From: Ancylonema sp.
Taxonomy: Eukaryota
Assembly (NCBI GenBank): GCA_050230475.1
Contig: JBFLGF010000133.1
Location: 1-64,000 of the forward strand
Reading direction: 5' to 3'
Length of the DNA stretch: 64,000 bases
Shown: piece after piece, positions 1 to 11,415 of the stretch
How the letters are laid out: every line of letters starts with the position of its first letter
How positions within the stretch are numbered: position 1 is the stretch's first letter
The notes under the pieces: generated by a model
What the model was told of the DNA's origin: nothing
The model's input: the letters and a program-made list of their open reading frames with translations, nothing else
The model's database searches: none
Program-made: the position numbers and the translations under genes

Positions 1-328
1 TTGTTTTCGAAAACGTGGAGGAGACCCGATGGAGCTGCACCCACTGTGGATTCTCTGCTAACAGAGGTTTATTTTCGTCTTTTAACACAATACCCCGACA
101 TACCAATAGTCTTCAACGTAAACTAGCTAATGTAGCGAACACAAACTTGAGAGGTAGCCGAAGGCTTATGAGTGGGTGGCTAGAAAAAGTCGGTGCCTCA
201 CAAAAAAGAGGTGCACAGTCACCTTCTCCTTATGAGCCAAAGTCACATCCTGACGACTCAAGGTAAATCCAAGCCTCTTTAATCCTCTTTGTAATCGAAA
301 CTGGATGTAAGGATATAAAGCAAATAAC

Positions 329-844
329 CTTGCAATAATTACGAACAGTGTAATTAATGACATATTTGTTATAATGATTATTACTAATTGGGGTGTGGGT
401 TTGATATTATGTTGTGTTTTTAGAGAGACGGATGGGACTACTCCTGAACGGGTTGCACACTCACCCTCCCCGAGCGAGCCATTGTCTCATCCTAAGGAGT
501 CAAGGTTAACTCGACCTTACACCATTTTGTATTGGCACATCAGTGAATGACTTTGTCACATTTTTTACCTTGGTATGATTACGAATATTGTCACTCATGG
601 CATATGGGATATAATGATTAATACTGATAGGGGTCAGGATATAATATTGACCTGTATTTCAGAGAGACAAATGGGACCACACTTAGTAACTTTGGAACAT
701 ATTTTCACCTGTCTATGATTACAAATATTGTAATTAATGTCATATGGGATACAATGATCAATACTGATGGGGGTTAAGGTATAACAACGACTTGTGTTTT
801 CAAAGAGACGGATGGGACCACAGTTGAACGGGTTGCACGCTCAC
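329..844. repeat. Three diverged copies of a ~115-135 bp unit
   Basis: Shared core 'catat(g/t)..(a)taatgat.a.tact.at.gggg...agagac..atgggac' at about 345-440, 585-680 and 725-820. Copies 1 and 3 both extend to 'gaacgggttgcac.ctcacc'. Confidence 0.75.
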
Positions 845-874
845 CCAACGATCCACCGTCTGATTCTCAGCTGC

Positions 875-1282
875 CTATACAGATATACATGCATCATCGT
901 GTTCTTCGAGGACCTCGTGGAACACGATGTGGCATTTGCAGCCCTCACAGTACATATTTTCCCCTTTAGAATCTTGGTAAAATCGTTGACATCCATCTCG
1001 TTTTCCTACGCCATGACTTTGTTTGCAACGACCGTAGGCTTTAGGATCGGTTTTCACTGGTAGATGGAATGAGATATGGCAACCACAGGCATCGAAACAG
1101 GGTGAATGGTGAGGTTTCGCCCAAAATTTGACGCAGTTGTTGCCCCGAGGGTCCAGCGGGTTCCCATTCTTGTCCGTTTTAAGTATCGCATGGCAACGAC
1201 GCGCAACAAGAGTATCCTGAATCATCATCCCGATGATGAGAGGACAAACAATGAATAACAGTAGTGTAGTGACTATCTCCAT
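875..1282 (-). CDS. Small protein with two tandem ZF-HD/MIF-type zinc fingers and a hydrophobic N-terminus (may be one exon of a longer gene)
   Basis: ATG-initiated 135-aa ORF. YGRCKQSH-x5-DGCQRF-x10-CEGCKCHIVFH fits the ZF-HD dimerisation pattern YxxCxxxH..DGCxxF..CxxCxCHxxFH. A degenerate first copy (NNCVKF..CFDACGCHISFH) precedes it. Confidence 0.6.
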   Translation of the reverse strand: MEIVTTLLLFIVCPLIIGMMIQDTLVARRCHAILKTDKNGNPLDPRGNNCVKFWAKPHHSPCFDACGCHISFHLPVKTDPKAYGRCKQSHGVGKRDGCQRFYQDSKGENMYCEGCKCHIVFHEVLEEHDDACISV

Positions 1283-2084
1283 CTTGAGTTTGTGATTCTT
1301 ACGAAAAACTTGGAATCTAGATCAACAAGCAAGCTTCATTTCACAATCTGTTATGCTGCACATGGCAGCCTTACACCAAGATACATAGATGGCGAAATGG
1401 GGGTTCGCATCCAATTCCGATTTTTTTTAAGCGCCGGATCTCGGTATTGCAAAATACAAATAAGGCGCAACTGGGGTGCGTACCAATTCTGACGTTTTTT
1501 TAGCGCCGGAGCCCGGCGCCCGCATGTTATAACGCGAATATTTCAAATCACCCAAAAAAAAACCCCAATATTCAGAAGTGAACGGATGATTACCAAAAAT
1601 GAACGAGAGCTCATTCGTTCAAAAGTTCATAATGGTGAAAGTGAACGGGCTAATTGAACGAGATAACGGCTCAAATCCAATTTTCTAACGGGCCCGAACA
1701 ACGAGATGTAGCACGAGGCCCGAACGATGCCCCGCGCTACGTTAAATAAGCCTTCCCATAATTTCGACGGCCGGAAGTTCCCCCCCCAAGCCCAAGTGTT
1801 GGTGGAGCATACATGTCGGTTACATGTCGGTGGGGCTAGCGTTCACTCGTGTCCACCGTGGACTTTCTAGACGTATCGAAAGAAGTGAATCGAACGGCTA
1901 TCCCACAAATTGCCATCCCGGTCGTTAACACGTGCATGGACCATTTCGATGCTTCGAATCTGAACCCTAGGGGCGCCTTTCCCTGTGTTCACTTAGGAAG
2001 ATTCGACCTCGAAACGTGAGGTCTCTCCTGGACGTGAAAACTGTGAGTGTGTAAGCTGTAGTTGTTTCTGTTTCGCAGAAAAAA

Positions 2085-4638
2085 ATGGCGTCCATCAGCG
2101 CCGCGAATCTTGCACCAGTGGGTAACTTGTCGAGCAGGATTTTTGAGAATGGAGTCTCTCCAGCTGCGGCCAGGATTTTGGCCTGCCCAAAATCAATACA
2201 AAGTACAACGTCCACCTGTGGTAAAGGACTAAAGCGCAGAAACCTGAGCATCTATGGGAATTCACAACATGCATATAGCATCATAGCATCATAGCATCAT
2301 AACATCATATTAAAGCATATTGAATAATATATAACGAGTATATCAGACCACATCCTCAGTAGTAAAGGTATGTATCTTTGACAATGTCTTTCGCCCTTTC
2401 TCGTGCCTCCTCCTCCTTAAATTGCAAACCATCTCATCCAGTGCACGGGTTGGAGTTCAGTTATTACCCGACAACGCCCACTTCGACATCTGAGGTGTAG
2501 AAAATCCGTTGTTTGCTCTGTTGCCGTTCAAAGTGGAGCTCCAGTGACAGACGTCAGTAAAGTAAGCACCGTGGGGGAAATAAAAGAGGGGCATTGTTTT
2601 TCAGTGTATTTACCATGAGTATGCATCATTCGACATGAATCCGTGGTGCACGCGTGCTTAACCTACACATCCTCGTTTGCACAGTACTGACTCTTCCTCT
2701 GAGGCAGGTGGTCCCTCAAGCAGATCGAGTGCTCGTGAAGCTACAGGAAGTGGCCACGGTAAGTTCAAGTCTTTTGGGGAATAACTCTAGATGCAAATAA
2801 AAGAATTTCTGTCTGTATATATGTACAGGTGTCCATCCTGGACGGTGGCCTGACAGTGAAGTGGCTGGGGGGAGGAGGAAAAGTCATAACGATTTTGACA
2901 ATAAAGTAAAGCAACCAGCATATACGTCTAGATACACATGAACAGTTGTATATGCAAACTTTAACACAACATCCAAACATGCATGCATTCACATGTATGC
3001 ATACTTACATACATGCATGCATACTCACATTGCGTACATATTTACATACGTACATACATGCATGCATACATACCTTACGTACATACATTCATACATACAT
3101 ACATGCAGTATGCATGCACACTGCATACGTGCATACCTACATGGGGTAGGGTTAGGGGGAGAAGTGGATGGAGAGGGAGAGGGGGAGAGGGGACATTGTC
3201 TTGTTCTATTTACCTCTCCCCTTAATTGGCAGTGGTAGAGACAGAGACGTTAAATAAGGTACAGGGTAGGAGGCAAGGATGGATAAGTTGACCCCTCTCC
3301 TGTTGGGGGTTTGGGTTCAGAAAACCGCTGGGGGGGTCTTGGTGCCCACGCAAGCAGCCAAGTTTGATCGGATATTGTTGGGAGAGGTGAGAGCAGGGGC
3401 CTAGTCTGGGGTAAAGGGGAAGTTTCTGGGAAGGTGGAGACGACAGTTTTCAACTTCGTGCCTGTGGTGTGTACAGGTGTTGGCGGTGGGCACAGAGGCG
3501 CAGGGAGTTGTGAAGGGGGATAAGGTGAGGAAGGACGGAAACACGTAGATAGATAGAGAGAGGGAGAGGGAGAGAGAAAGAGAAGGACATTCGGGTCTTA
3601 GTGTGGGGCTGGGGTTTAGGGTTCTGACTGTGTTTGAGGGGCAGGGTGATTCGATTTTCCGGATTTCTCATCATTTCAATTGATGAATACGGAAATGTTG
3701 GCAACAGGGGGTGGAGGAAGGGAGAAGCAAACAGAGGAAGTGGTAAAAGGAAAAGGGAGAATGATTGAAAGTGAGAGGGAGAGTAGGCGGGAGCTGGTCA
3801 GTGCAAATCATATGAAGACCTGGATGCTGACGTGGCTGATTCGGTGGGTTGGGGTGTGGTGACAGATTCTGGTGGCGGATGTAAATGCGTGGGAGGTAAA
3901 GAGGGGGGGGTGGTCTCCAGGGGAGAATAGGCTGTGGTTCTGTGGTCTGTGGTCTGTGGTCTGTGGTCTGTGGTCTGTGGTCTGTGGTCTATGGTCTATG
4001 GTCTATGGTCTATGGTGTATGGTGTGGTTGAGACACAGAAAAGTAGAGGGTCATTTGTGTTGTTGTTCGACTATATCCACAAATAGCAGTGTCCGTTGCG
4101 AGACCTGTGTTACTGTTGCGGGTAGTGAGTAGGGTCCGCCCACGGCGGGGTTGGGTGTTGGGGCATACGTTCTATTTCGATACCAAAGAACATGGAAAGA
4201 TGGTAATAAACTACGGATTCTATTCTCACCAATAAATAAAGAAGAATATATGGGAGTACAACAACGCGGATTCGAAAATTTCGGAAAATTTCGGGCCTCG
4301 ATCTTGCAAGGCAGTGCGTAATCAGATTTTTACAATATCATGCAATCATACATGACATTACTTAGAGGCTTGGATACATTAGATTTATGAATCTAATGAA
4401 TCTAAACACGAGATGTATTTGATGGGTCGTGACGACATCACGTGACATATATTCATAAATATCGAGGAATAATGTGCTTGCATGCACTTTTTTTACTTAC
4501 CCTCTACCTATTCTCAAGACTAGAAAGGTGTAACATAGTGTTTGATGTTTTGGGGTTCAGGTTAACTTGGGGCAAACAGATTCAAGACTGGTCTTCTGCA
4601 AAAGCACGGACTTGTTAGCTATAGTGGAGACATCATGA
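2085..4638 (+). CDS. CPN10: Chloroplast 10 kDa chaperonin (GroES family), ~169 aa
   Basis: GT-AG exons 2085-2220, 2461-2561, 2708-2758, 3321-3386, 3477-3524, 3866-3895 and 4561-4638 join in frame. They give a transit-peptide-like N-terminus, then VVPQADRVLVKL..KTAGGVLVP..KFDRILLGEVLAVG..ILVADVNAWEVNLG..FCKSTDLLAIVE. The N-terminal exons are less certain. Confidence 0.9.
2980..3142. repeat. (TACA/TGCA)n low-complexity microsatellite in a CPN10 intron
   Basis: Read directly. A similar (TATG)n tract lies at about 27035-27330. Confidence 0.85.
3932..4015. repeat. 7-bp tandem repeat (TCTGTGG/TCTATGG)n in a CPN10 intron
   Basis: About 11 consecutive units, read directly. Confidence 0.95.
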
Positions 4639-5371
4639 GTGTTGAGCGTTGTTATGCGCACAAGCACAGCTGCAAAGAAATGATATACGCTTAGTCATGT
4701 TTTTTTTTTTCTTTGGTGTGTTCGCATGAAATGTTTATCGGAAGAGTGAACGTTTCATCCTCCACTGTGTACATGTAGGAGTGCCCACAACCATTGTTTT
4801 CCATATCCCTTTGATAATGTCCCCTCTGAAATCTATTTGTATACGCATGTGGCCACATTTTGCACGTTGTCCACTCAAACCGCGACATAAGAAATCTCCA
4901 AAAGGGATATCCCTTTTATAAGTTTTTTTCTTTAGTGTGAAACCGGGAAAAGGAAAAACGCATAATATTCTTTCATAGCATTGAGTTTTATACATCGAAG
5001 TTTTTTATCGAGGTTTGAATATTTGTTGATTGCTGCATTTGCATGTATACTTTTGGTTTAAAATCCCTTTGCACATAGTGACGGGCAAGATTTGCAAAAT
5101 CATTTGAAAAACATTGGAGCAAGAAGGTCATTGTACCTTTTTCTTATAGTACGCTTGGCAATCACTTTGCGAGCTGCTTTGTAAATCATGTGGGTCTACA
5201 TGCATTCGAAAGACATATGTGGAGCATGCAGAGGTAACGAGGACTTCATATGGTCGCTATGAAAAAAACGACCTCATAGACAAATGAGTAATGATGTGTT
5301 TGTAGTGTACAAATCTTTTTGCACGTGTAGTCGAATTTCATAATTATTTACATGGCGATAATGCAAGCGTA

Positions 5372-5610
5372 CCGTATTGGCTACACATAGTGACCCTCAA
5401 ATAGATATGAGAAGGGTGGGTTGGGTCAAATTGGACAACTATTTTTTCGTACAAAGTGGGTCATTCTACAATGTGGGTCACCAGATAATAAATATGTTTT
5501 CAGGATTTTGGGGAACTGTCTATTGGGTGCGCGGGTTGGGTCACCTGGTGGTTCATGAGCTAAATTAACTCGTTTTTTACAACCCGGGTCATTATGGATG
5601 GCCACCACGG
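5372..5610. mobile_element. Tc1/mariner-type MITE (TA target duplication, CCGT ends)
   Basis: ta|ccgtattggctacacatagtgaccc ... gggtcattatggatggccaccacgg|ta. Confidence 0.7.
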
Positions 5611-5726
5611 TACATGCCATACTCAATTGCATGGTGCCTCTATGTATCATGCATTTGCAAGAGAGAATTTGTACATATTTCTATTTATTTTGAACATGAA
5701 AAAGAGTGATGGGTGTGTTGTATGTA

Positions 5727-6198
5727 TTGTAGTGGCCATACATAATGACCCGGGTCTAAACAAAAACAAAATTAAAAAATGGGATGACCCACCAACTTGA
5801 CTGAAGTAAAATATATGCACTACGATAATGACTTCAACGATATAATCAACAACTAAAACTATCGACATGGTCCAAGTCCGACATCTTGTCCACACGGTTT
5901 CCCCACCCAACCAACTCCACATTACAATGCTAAACTGTCCAGAACCAAAACGAAAATGCGCGAATTGCAAACCAATGACGATCGGTTTGGCTTCTACCGT
6001 ACCACTTTTAAATCTTCGGCGTCCGGGGTCGAACCATATATATAAAAAAACCGAATAATATCCATTTTATGATGTTGACCCACTGTGCCGAATTTCGGAA
6101 TATATGGCGTGACCCATCCCCAAAATATGCATCATTTAATTCGACCCGACCCGCCCTTTTCATAATTATTTGCGGGTCATTATGTATGGCTAGTTCGG
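5727..6198. mobile_element. Second, longer MITE with the same terminal inverted repeats
   Basis: ta|ttgtagtggccatacataatgaccc ... gggtcattatgtatggctagttcgg|ca. The ends are decayed by transitions. Confidence 0.65.
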
Positions 6199-8041
6199 CA
6201 CTTGTGGCGAAATCTTTCTTATCGCCTAATATTGGAAACTTTGAGGCAGTGTTATTAGCATTGCCGAATTACAGAGGCTCTCTTAGTGAACCGTCGAATG
6301 CCACGCCAGGGGATAGTTTATTATTTAGATTTAGCTCTCTAGTTCACATGGCTTCCGTACTTGCGCATGAGATCGGTCCACATATAGTGTTGCATACGGA
6401 AGTAGGGCATCCGGTCTCGCTCAAGCATACTATGGTTCATGAAGCGCCCCGCTCAGTCATGCCACGCTCAAACCATTTGTATGACCATTTAAATTTGGGT
6501 TGATAAGGGCCCGTAATTCGGTCGAGGAAGGATGCGAAGAACCACTTATTCATTTGTATCGCTAATTTGACGTCGTCTTCGTTTTCTTCGCTATAAATCT
6601 CCGCTGTGTCGAAACTTTGTCCCCGCTACTTCACATGCCAAGCTCCGTCGCCGACAGGCGCCCTCGTATCTCAATTTAAATTGCTTAATAACTCGTCTAC
6701 GTGTCAACTTGATTATAAGTGTGACGTCATCCGCTTAATGAGTCATTCATTATGCACCATAGATGATATACTCGTCGATCCCAACTGTCGTTGTAACCAT
6801 CGTTGTAATCATTGTAACCAATTAGAGTGGGCGTGCATCGAGTGAGTTAGATGTTATTTCACCATGCGTGTATCTCAGTAGACGCGCTAAGGAGCTTCTT
6901 TGAGTTTCCAACATAAAGATTGTACTCCATATCTCAAATCTGAGCTTTCGCCTGATTTGACGCTGAAGAAACTTGATTGCAAAACATGGTTTTGCTCTCC
7001 TACAAGTAAGTTGTTGATCACCCCGAGCCTACGCTCAACCGTGCAATCGATTCGCACGATTCTTTAGTTATGTCTACAAACTCTCCGAACTTGTGCAACA
7101 TACAATCGTTTGTGACGAGAATTGAGAATAGTAGCCTCTAAGTGCGATTTTGTATAGATAAATTACTCTTCTCCCCGTCAATAAATATGTTAAGATAGCA
7201 ACAAATCAATCGATAAACAAATGCGCCGTCAAGTAATCGATAAACAGATGCGCCATACTTGCTGCTAAGAATCGATTCGTGAACGATTCGTTATGATTCG
7301 AAGAATGTATTTTGAGTTGTCGCACGTGCTAGCAGAATATCCTAGAATGATAGAACCTTATCTTCAGTATAGTTGATTACTTTTATTCTCAGCCCTTATA
7401 TCAGATTTCGATCTCTGAGATTTCCGCGAGCAAGTTCTAGAACTACCGCGTCGATTGTTCAAAAGGAAAAATCCCTTTCATAACTGCCAACTTCCGTTGT
7501 CTGTTTACGTTGTTTGGATTTCAATATATTTTTCCCACTCTCATCTTTTGCAATCTCTGTGTAAATCTCTTTACATTCGTCACTCTCGAAACCGGCGATT
7601 GACATCCTGTATACTCCGTGAACATTTCGTCGTTTCGCCGACGAGAGTATTTGCCTTGCAATTTATGTTCCCTGCATGCTATCTGCATCCTGAACATTTT
7701 GCATACTTGTAGTTTAACACGTTGATAGTACTTTTTGTCATGTTCATTTGATCAGAATTCATTTCCCCCTTGCTATCGCTTTCACGCTAGCAAGTTGTTT
7801 TGCTTGTAGATTCGCTGACGTCAAAAATATCGTTACGAACTGAAGTGCAATGTTTCGCGTATATTTGCTTGCAACTTCTTTTCATTGAATTGCAGCGTCG
7901 TTTGACTTAGTGCTTGAGTATTCAGCTCTTCACTGTCCATTATTCATTATCCCGACTCGCGTAACCTAAAGCTTTATCCAAATTCCTCCAACCATTTGTA
8001 GAATTCATCGGCTACTTGCCGTGTAGTCTTTTGTCTAGTTG

Positions 8042-8471
8042 TGTTAGGAGCGGAATGGAATGGAACTCCTAGCAAACTAGTTGCAAGTGCATGGCAAGAC
8101 AATGGCGAAATGAGCCGATAGGAGAGAGGCTAATGAGCCGATGGTCAATAATGGTTTGGTTGATTCGGTAGGCACAACAAGGTGCAAATACATGAGTTGA
8201 TAGGACTGCTCTAAAGGCATTCCTATGCACTAGATATAGTGAAAGTCGACTCTCACAAAGCTTATCAAGATGTGGGATAACTAGAACTCGTTATAAGAAC
8301 AAACTAGAAAGCTAAGGGTCGGCACTCGATATAAAGACAAAGGCGCTAGGGGCACACATATCACTATAAAGGGACAAAACTCGCTATAGGGAAAACTGCG
8401 CTAGTAGCGCTCTAGTGCTAAGTGTGGGAGCTCGCTAGGGAGCCCTAGTGATTGTAGCGAGGGTCCTAACA
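8042..8471 (-). repeat. 3' LTR of the gypsy element
   Basis: TG..CA ends with an 8-bp inverted repeat. Roughly 95% identical (by eye) to 10984-11415. Confidence 0.93.
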
Positions 8472-8641
8472 AGTTGTCGTGTGTTGTGAAACTAAATATC
8501 TACGCTACTTGATTAACCATACGTTGTTTTTATCAAACCTCCCAACGTGTCTCGTTAAGTGCATCTGAGTCTTTAGTTTGCAGTAACTCTTGTGAAGTCC
8601 ACTAATAAGTTACATATAATTATAGTTATCCATACTCTATT

Positions 8642-9859
8642 CAGGCGCACCACCTGCTGCACGAAAATCGCTGCGACCTCAGGAGCCGCCATGGCCTTAG
8701 TGGTAAGGATGAAGTGGGCCTGCCTCGTCAATCGGTCCACGACCACCAAAATTGCATCATGGTAGTCGCTAGGAGGCAAGTCCGTTATCCAGTCGAGGGA
8801 GACGCTGGACCACGGCTGTGTAGGAATAGGTAGGGGGGACAGCAGTCCGTAGGGCGCGTGGCGCACCGGCTTGTTCCGGGCGCAGACGTCGCAGGTGCGC
8901 ATGTAGTCGTTCACCGCTTATGACAAACCTGGCCAGTGGCAGTACTACGCCACCAGCGCATGCGTACGGGCAGTACCAAAATGTCCCGCGAGAGGTGAGT
9001 CGTGGTACTGCGTGAGGATAGAGATGATAAGGGTTGCGGCGGTAGGGGGAATGGCGAGACGACTGCCCATGTAGAGAAGGCCGTCGCGTAGTGTATAGGT
9101 GGGAAATGACTCGCCTGCAGGTTGACTCGGGTTGGATTCCCGAGCGAGTCGGGGTTGAAGGGACGTAGCTATAGCGTGCAGGGTAGGGTCAGCTTGTTGC
9201 GCTGCTCGGATGTCAGGTAGAAGGGGATCGGAAGGGCTAAGGAGCAGAGCTGCAGCTCGTAGGGGAGGGGTGGGTAAGATGGGTAGGTTTGGGAGATGGG
9301 AGATGTGAGCAGCAACTGCCGGTTTGGGTAATGGTATGGGATTGAAGGGGGCTGGGGAGGGAAGGCTAGACACCAGGCAGTCGGTTGCACAATGAAGGCT
9401 GGTGAAAGACACCTTTCCCGCCTGCCAGTCGATCGTAGGGTTATGCTTGTGGAGCCAGGGGAAACCGAGCACCAGAGAGTAGTGGGCCAGACGGGTCACA
9501 TCGAGGTGCAGGGTCTCGGTGTGATGTCCGGGGCATCTGACTTTGGCATCGTAGTAGCAGGTGATGGGGCCTGCTGCTGGTGGACCGCTATCGATGAGTT
9601 CGATGGGGATAGGCTAGGGATGGGGTTGGGTGAACAGGTTATGGTTTTCCAGGAGGGATGGATCCACGAAGTTGCCAGATGCACCGCAGTCAATGAGAGC
9701 GACCACGGTAATAGGGGGAAGGGGATATTGCAAGAGTTGGATGGAAATGGTAAGTTGGCGGGGAATGGAGTGTGGGGAGGGTGGGGAAAGGGAACCCAAA
9801 CAGACCCCTCTTCTTGGAGTGTGGGGAGGGTGGGGAAAGGGAACCCAAACAGACCCCTC
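8642..9859 (-). pseudogene. pol remnant: aspartic protease joined directly to integrase, frameshifted and 3'-truncated
   Basis: ALIDCGASGNFVD; LGFPWLHKHNPTIDW; YHDSPLAGHFG..CDVC; PYGLLSPLPIP..VSLDWITDLP..LVVVDRLT. Confidence 0.9.
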
Positions 9860-10886
9860 CTAGGACTGAGTGGGGGGGTCGTTTTTTGGCACCTCAGGTT
9901 GCAGATCCAAGAATCGCACAGTGCGGGAAGTGCTTTTGTTGGGACAGTTGGCGAGCACGTGGCCTTGCAGGCCACAATAGTGGCACAGATTGCCCTCCCT
10001 GCGTCTGGCCGACTCTGTGGGCTGCAACTTGAGGACCTGGCGGCGTGTCCGTCCATGCATGGCGACCACCTAAAGGTGAGGGGGGATCTGTTCAGCAGAT
10101 CTAGTCTGGGGGGGGGGTGTAAACAGATGTGCCAGGCCTGTCGAGGCGGGCAACGGCGAGGCTGTTCTCGATGTTTTTCACGAAAGTAACATACTCCGAG
10201 AAGGTTTTAGGGGGTGACTGAACCTTCAGGATCTCTTGCCGCAGCTCGGGCTTCAGTCTTTCAAAGTAAGTGAAGATCATAGGATGATCTCCCCACCCCT
10301 GAAACCCCCTGACTAAGGTTCTGAACTTGGCTGTAAAGTCCTGCACTCCCCCTGTCTGCTTCAGTTCACGCACCTGGCGTTCCTTGGTCAGGTTGGAGGG
10401 GATGTCGCCAAAAGCCTCACTCAGACCTTTCAAGAGGGCGTCCACATTGTAGCCAGCGGGAAGATTGCCCTCGGGGTCATGCTGCTGAGTGAACCACTCG
10501 CCAACAGCACCAGTTAGGAAGGAGGAGAAGTAGAGGACCGTATGATCAGGATCGGAGAATCTGATAGGAGCCACCCGGATCTGGTTGCGCACTAGCCGTA
10601 GGAAGGTAGCCAGACTTGCAGAATCGCCTGAATACTTTTGTAGATCAGGAAGGACCATTTCTGAAGGGGCTGGCTGGTAGGTTGGTTGATAAACAGGGGC
10701 AGGTTGTTGTATAGGATGGGGTTGAGCTGAGATAGGAGATGGCGTGCTGAGGTGCGCCTCCACCACCTTTTGTTTCTCATTAAGCTCATTGAATTGAGCT
10801 AATAAAGTCGTGATTTTTTCATCTACTTTGGCTTTCCGTTCCATACTTTCACTCATTTGCAAACTCATGGCTTTCAAAGTCTCCAT
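9860..10886 (-). pseudogene. gag (capsid and zinc knuckle), with a frameshift in a homopolymer run near 10100
   Basis: 261-aa ORF with PDLQKYSGD, FLTGAVGEWF and LKQTGGVQDFTAKF, followed by CHYCGLQGHVLANC in the next ORF. Confidence 0.9.
9881..9887 (-). promoter_or_regulatory. Putative -1 ribosomal frameshift slippery site A-AAA-AAC
   Basis: In the gag frame (CCA AAA AAC), near the gag stop, followed by a GACCCC...GGGGTC stem. Confidence 0.7.
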
Positions 10887-10970
10887 GATGAAAAAATGTG
10901 AAACCCCCTAAAAACGGCGGCCAAAAAATGAGGTTTTCGCCTGTAAAATAAGTTGGAAAACCCCAATTGT

Positions 10971-10981
10971 ATTCCTATCAA
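10971..10981 (-). promoter_or_regulatory. Putative self-priming primer-binding site (TTGATAGGAAT)
   Basis: Lies 2 nt from the 5' LTR, has no TGG start, and is the exact complement of 11140-11150 inside the LTR. Confidence 0.7.
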
Positions 10982-10983
10982 AG

Positions 10984-11415
10984 TGTTAGGAGCGGAATGG
11001 AATGGAACTCCTAGCAAACTAGTTGCAAGTGCACACACAAGGAAATGGCGAAATGAGCCGATAGGAGAGAGGCTAATGAGCCGATGGTCAATAATGGTTT
11101 GGTTGATTCGGTAGGCCCAACAAGGTGCAAATACATGAGTTGATAGGAATGCTCTAAAGCCATTCCTATGGACTAGATATAGTGAAAGTCGACTCTCACA
11201 AAGCTACTCAAGATGTGGGATAACTAGAACTCGTTATAAGAACAAACTGGAAAGCTAAGGGTCGGCACTCGATATAAGGACAAAGTCGCTAGGGGCACAC
11301 ATATCACTATAAAGGGACAAAACTCGCTATAGGGAAAACTGCGCTAGTAGCGCTCTCGTGCTAAGTGTGGGAGCCTCGCTAGAAAGCCCTAGTGATTGTA
11401 GCGAGGGTCCTAACA
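10984..11415 (-). repeat. 5' LTR of the gypsy element
   Basis: TGTTAGGA...TCCTAACA ends; direct repeat of 8042-8471. Confidence 0.93.

Larger units (their letters stand above)
8042..11415 (-). mobile_element. Non-autonomous Ty3/gypsy LTR retrotransposon (Tf1/Tcn1-like): gag, protease and truncated integrase, with no RT/RNase H
   Basis: Two ~430-bp LTRs with TGTTAGGA...TCCTAACA ends and a 5-bp TSD AGTTG (8037-8041, 11416-11420). Contains gag, a CCHC knuckle, a DCGA protease, and integrase HHCC plus core motifs. Confidence 0.93.

Noticed and set aside
2384..2500. Alternative CPN10 start (MSFALSRASSS...)
   Set aside because: This frame stops near 2500, whereas splicing 2220 to 2461 gives an open frame without invoking errors.
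9392..10189. 265-aa plus-strand ORF
   Set aside because: Antisense to the gypsy gag-protease region.
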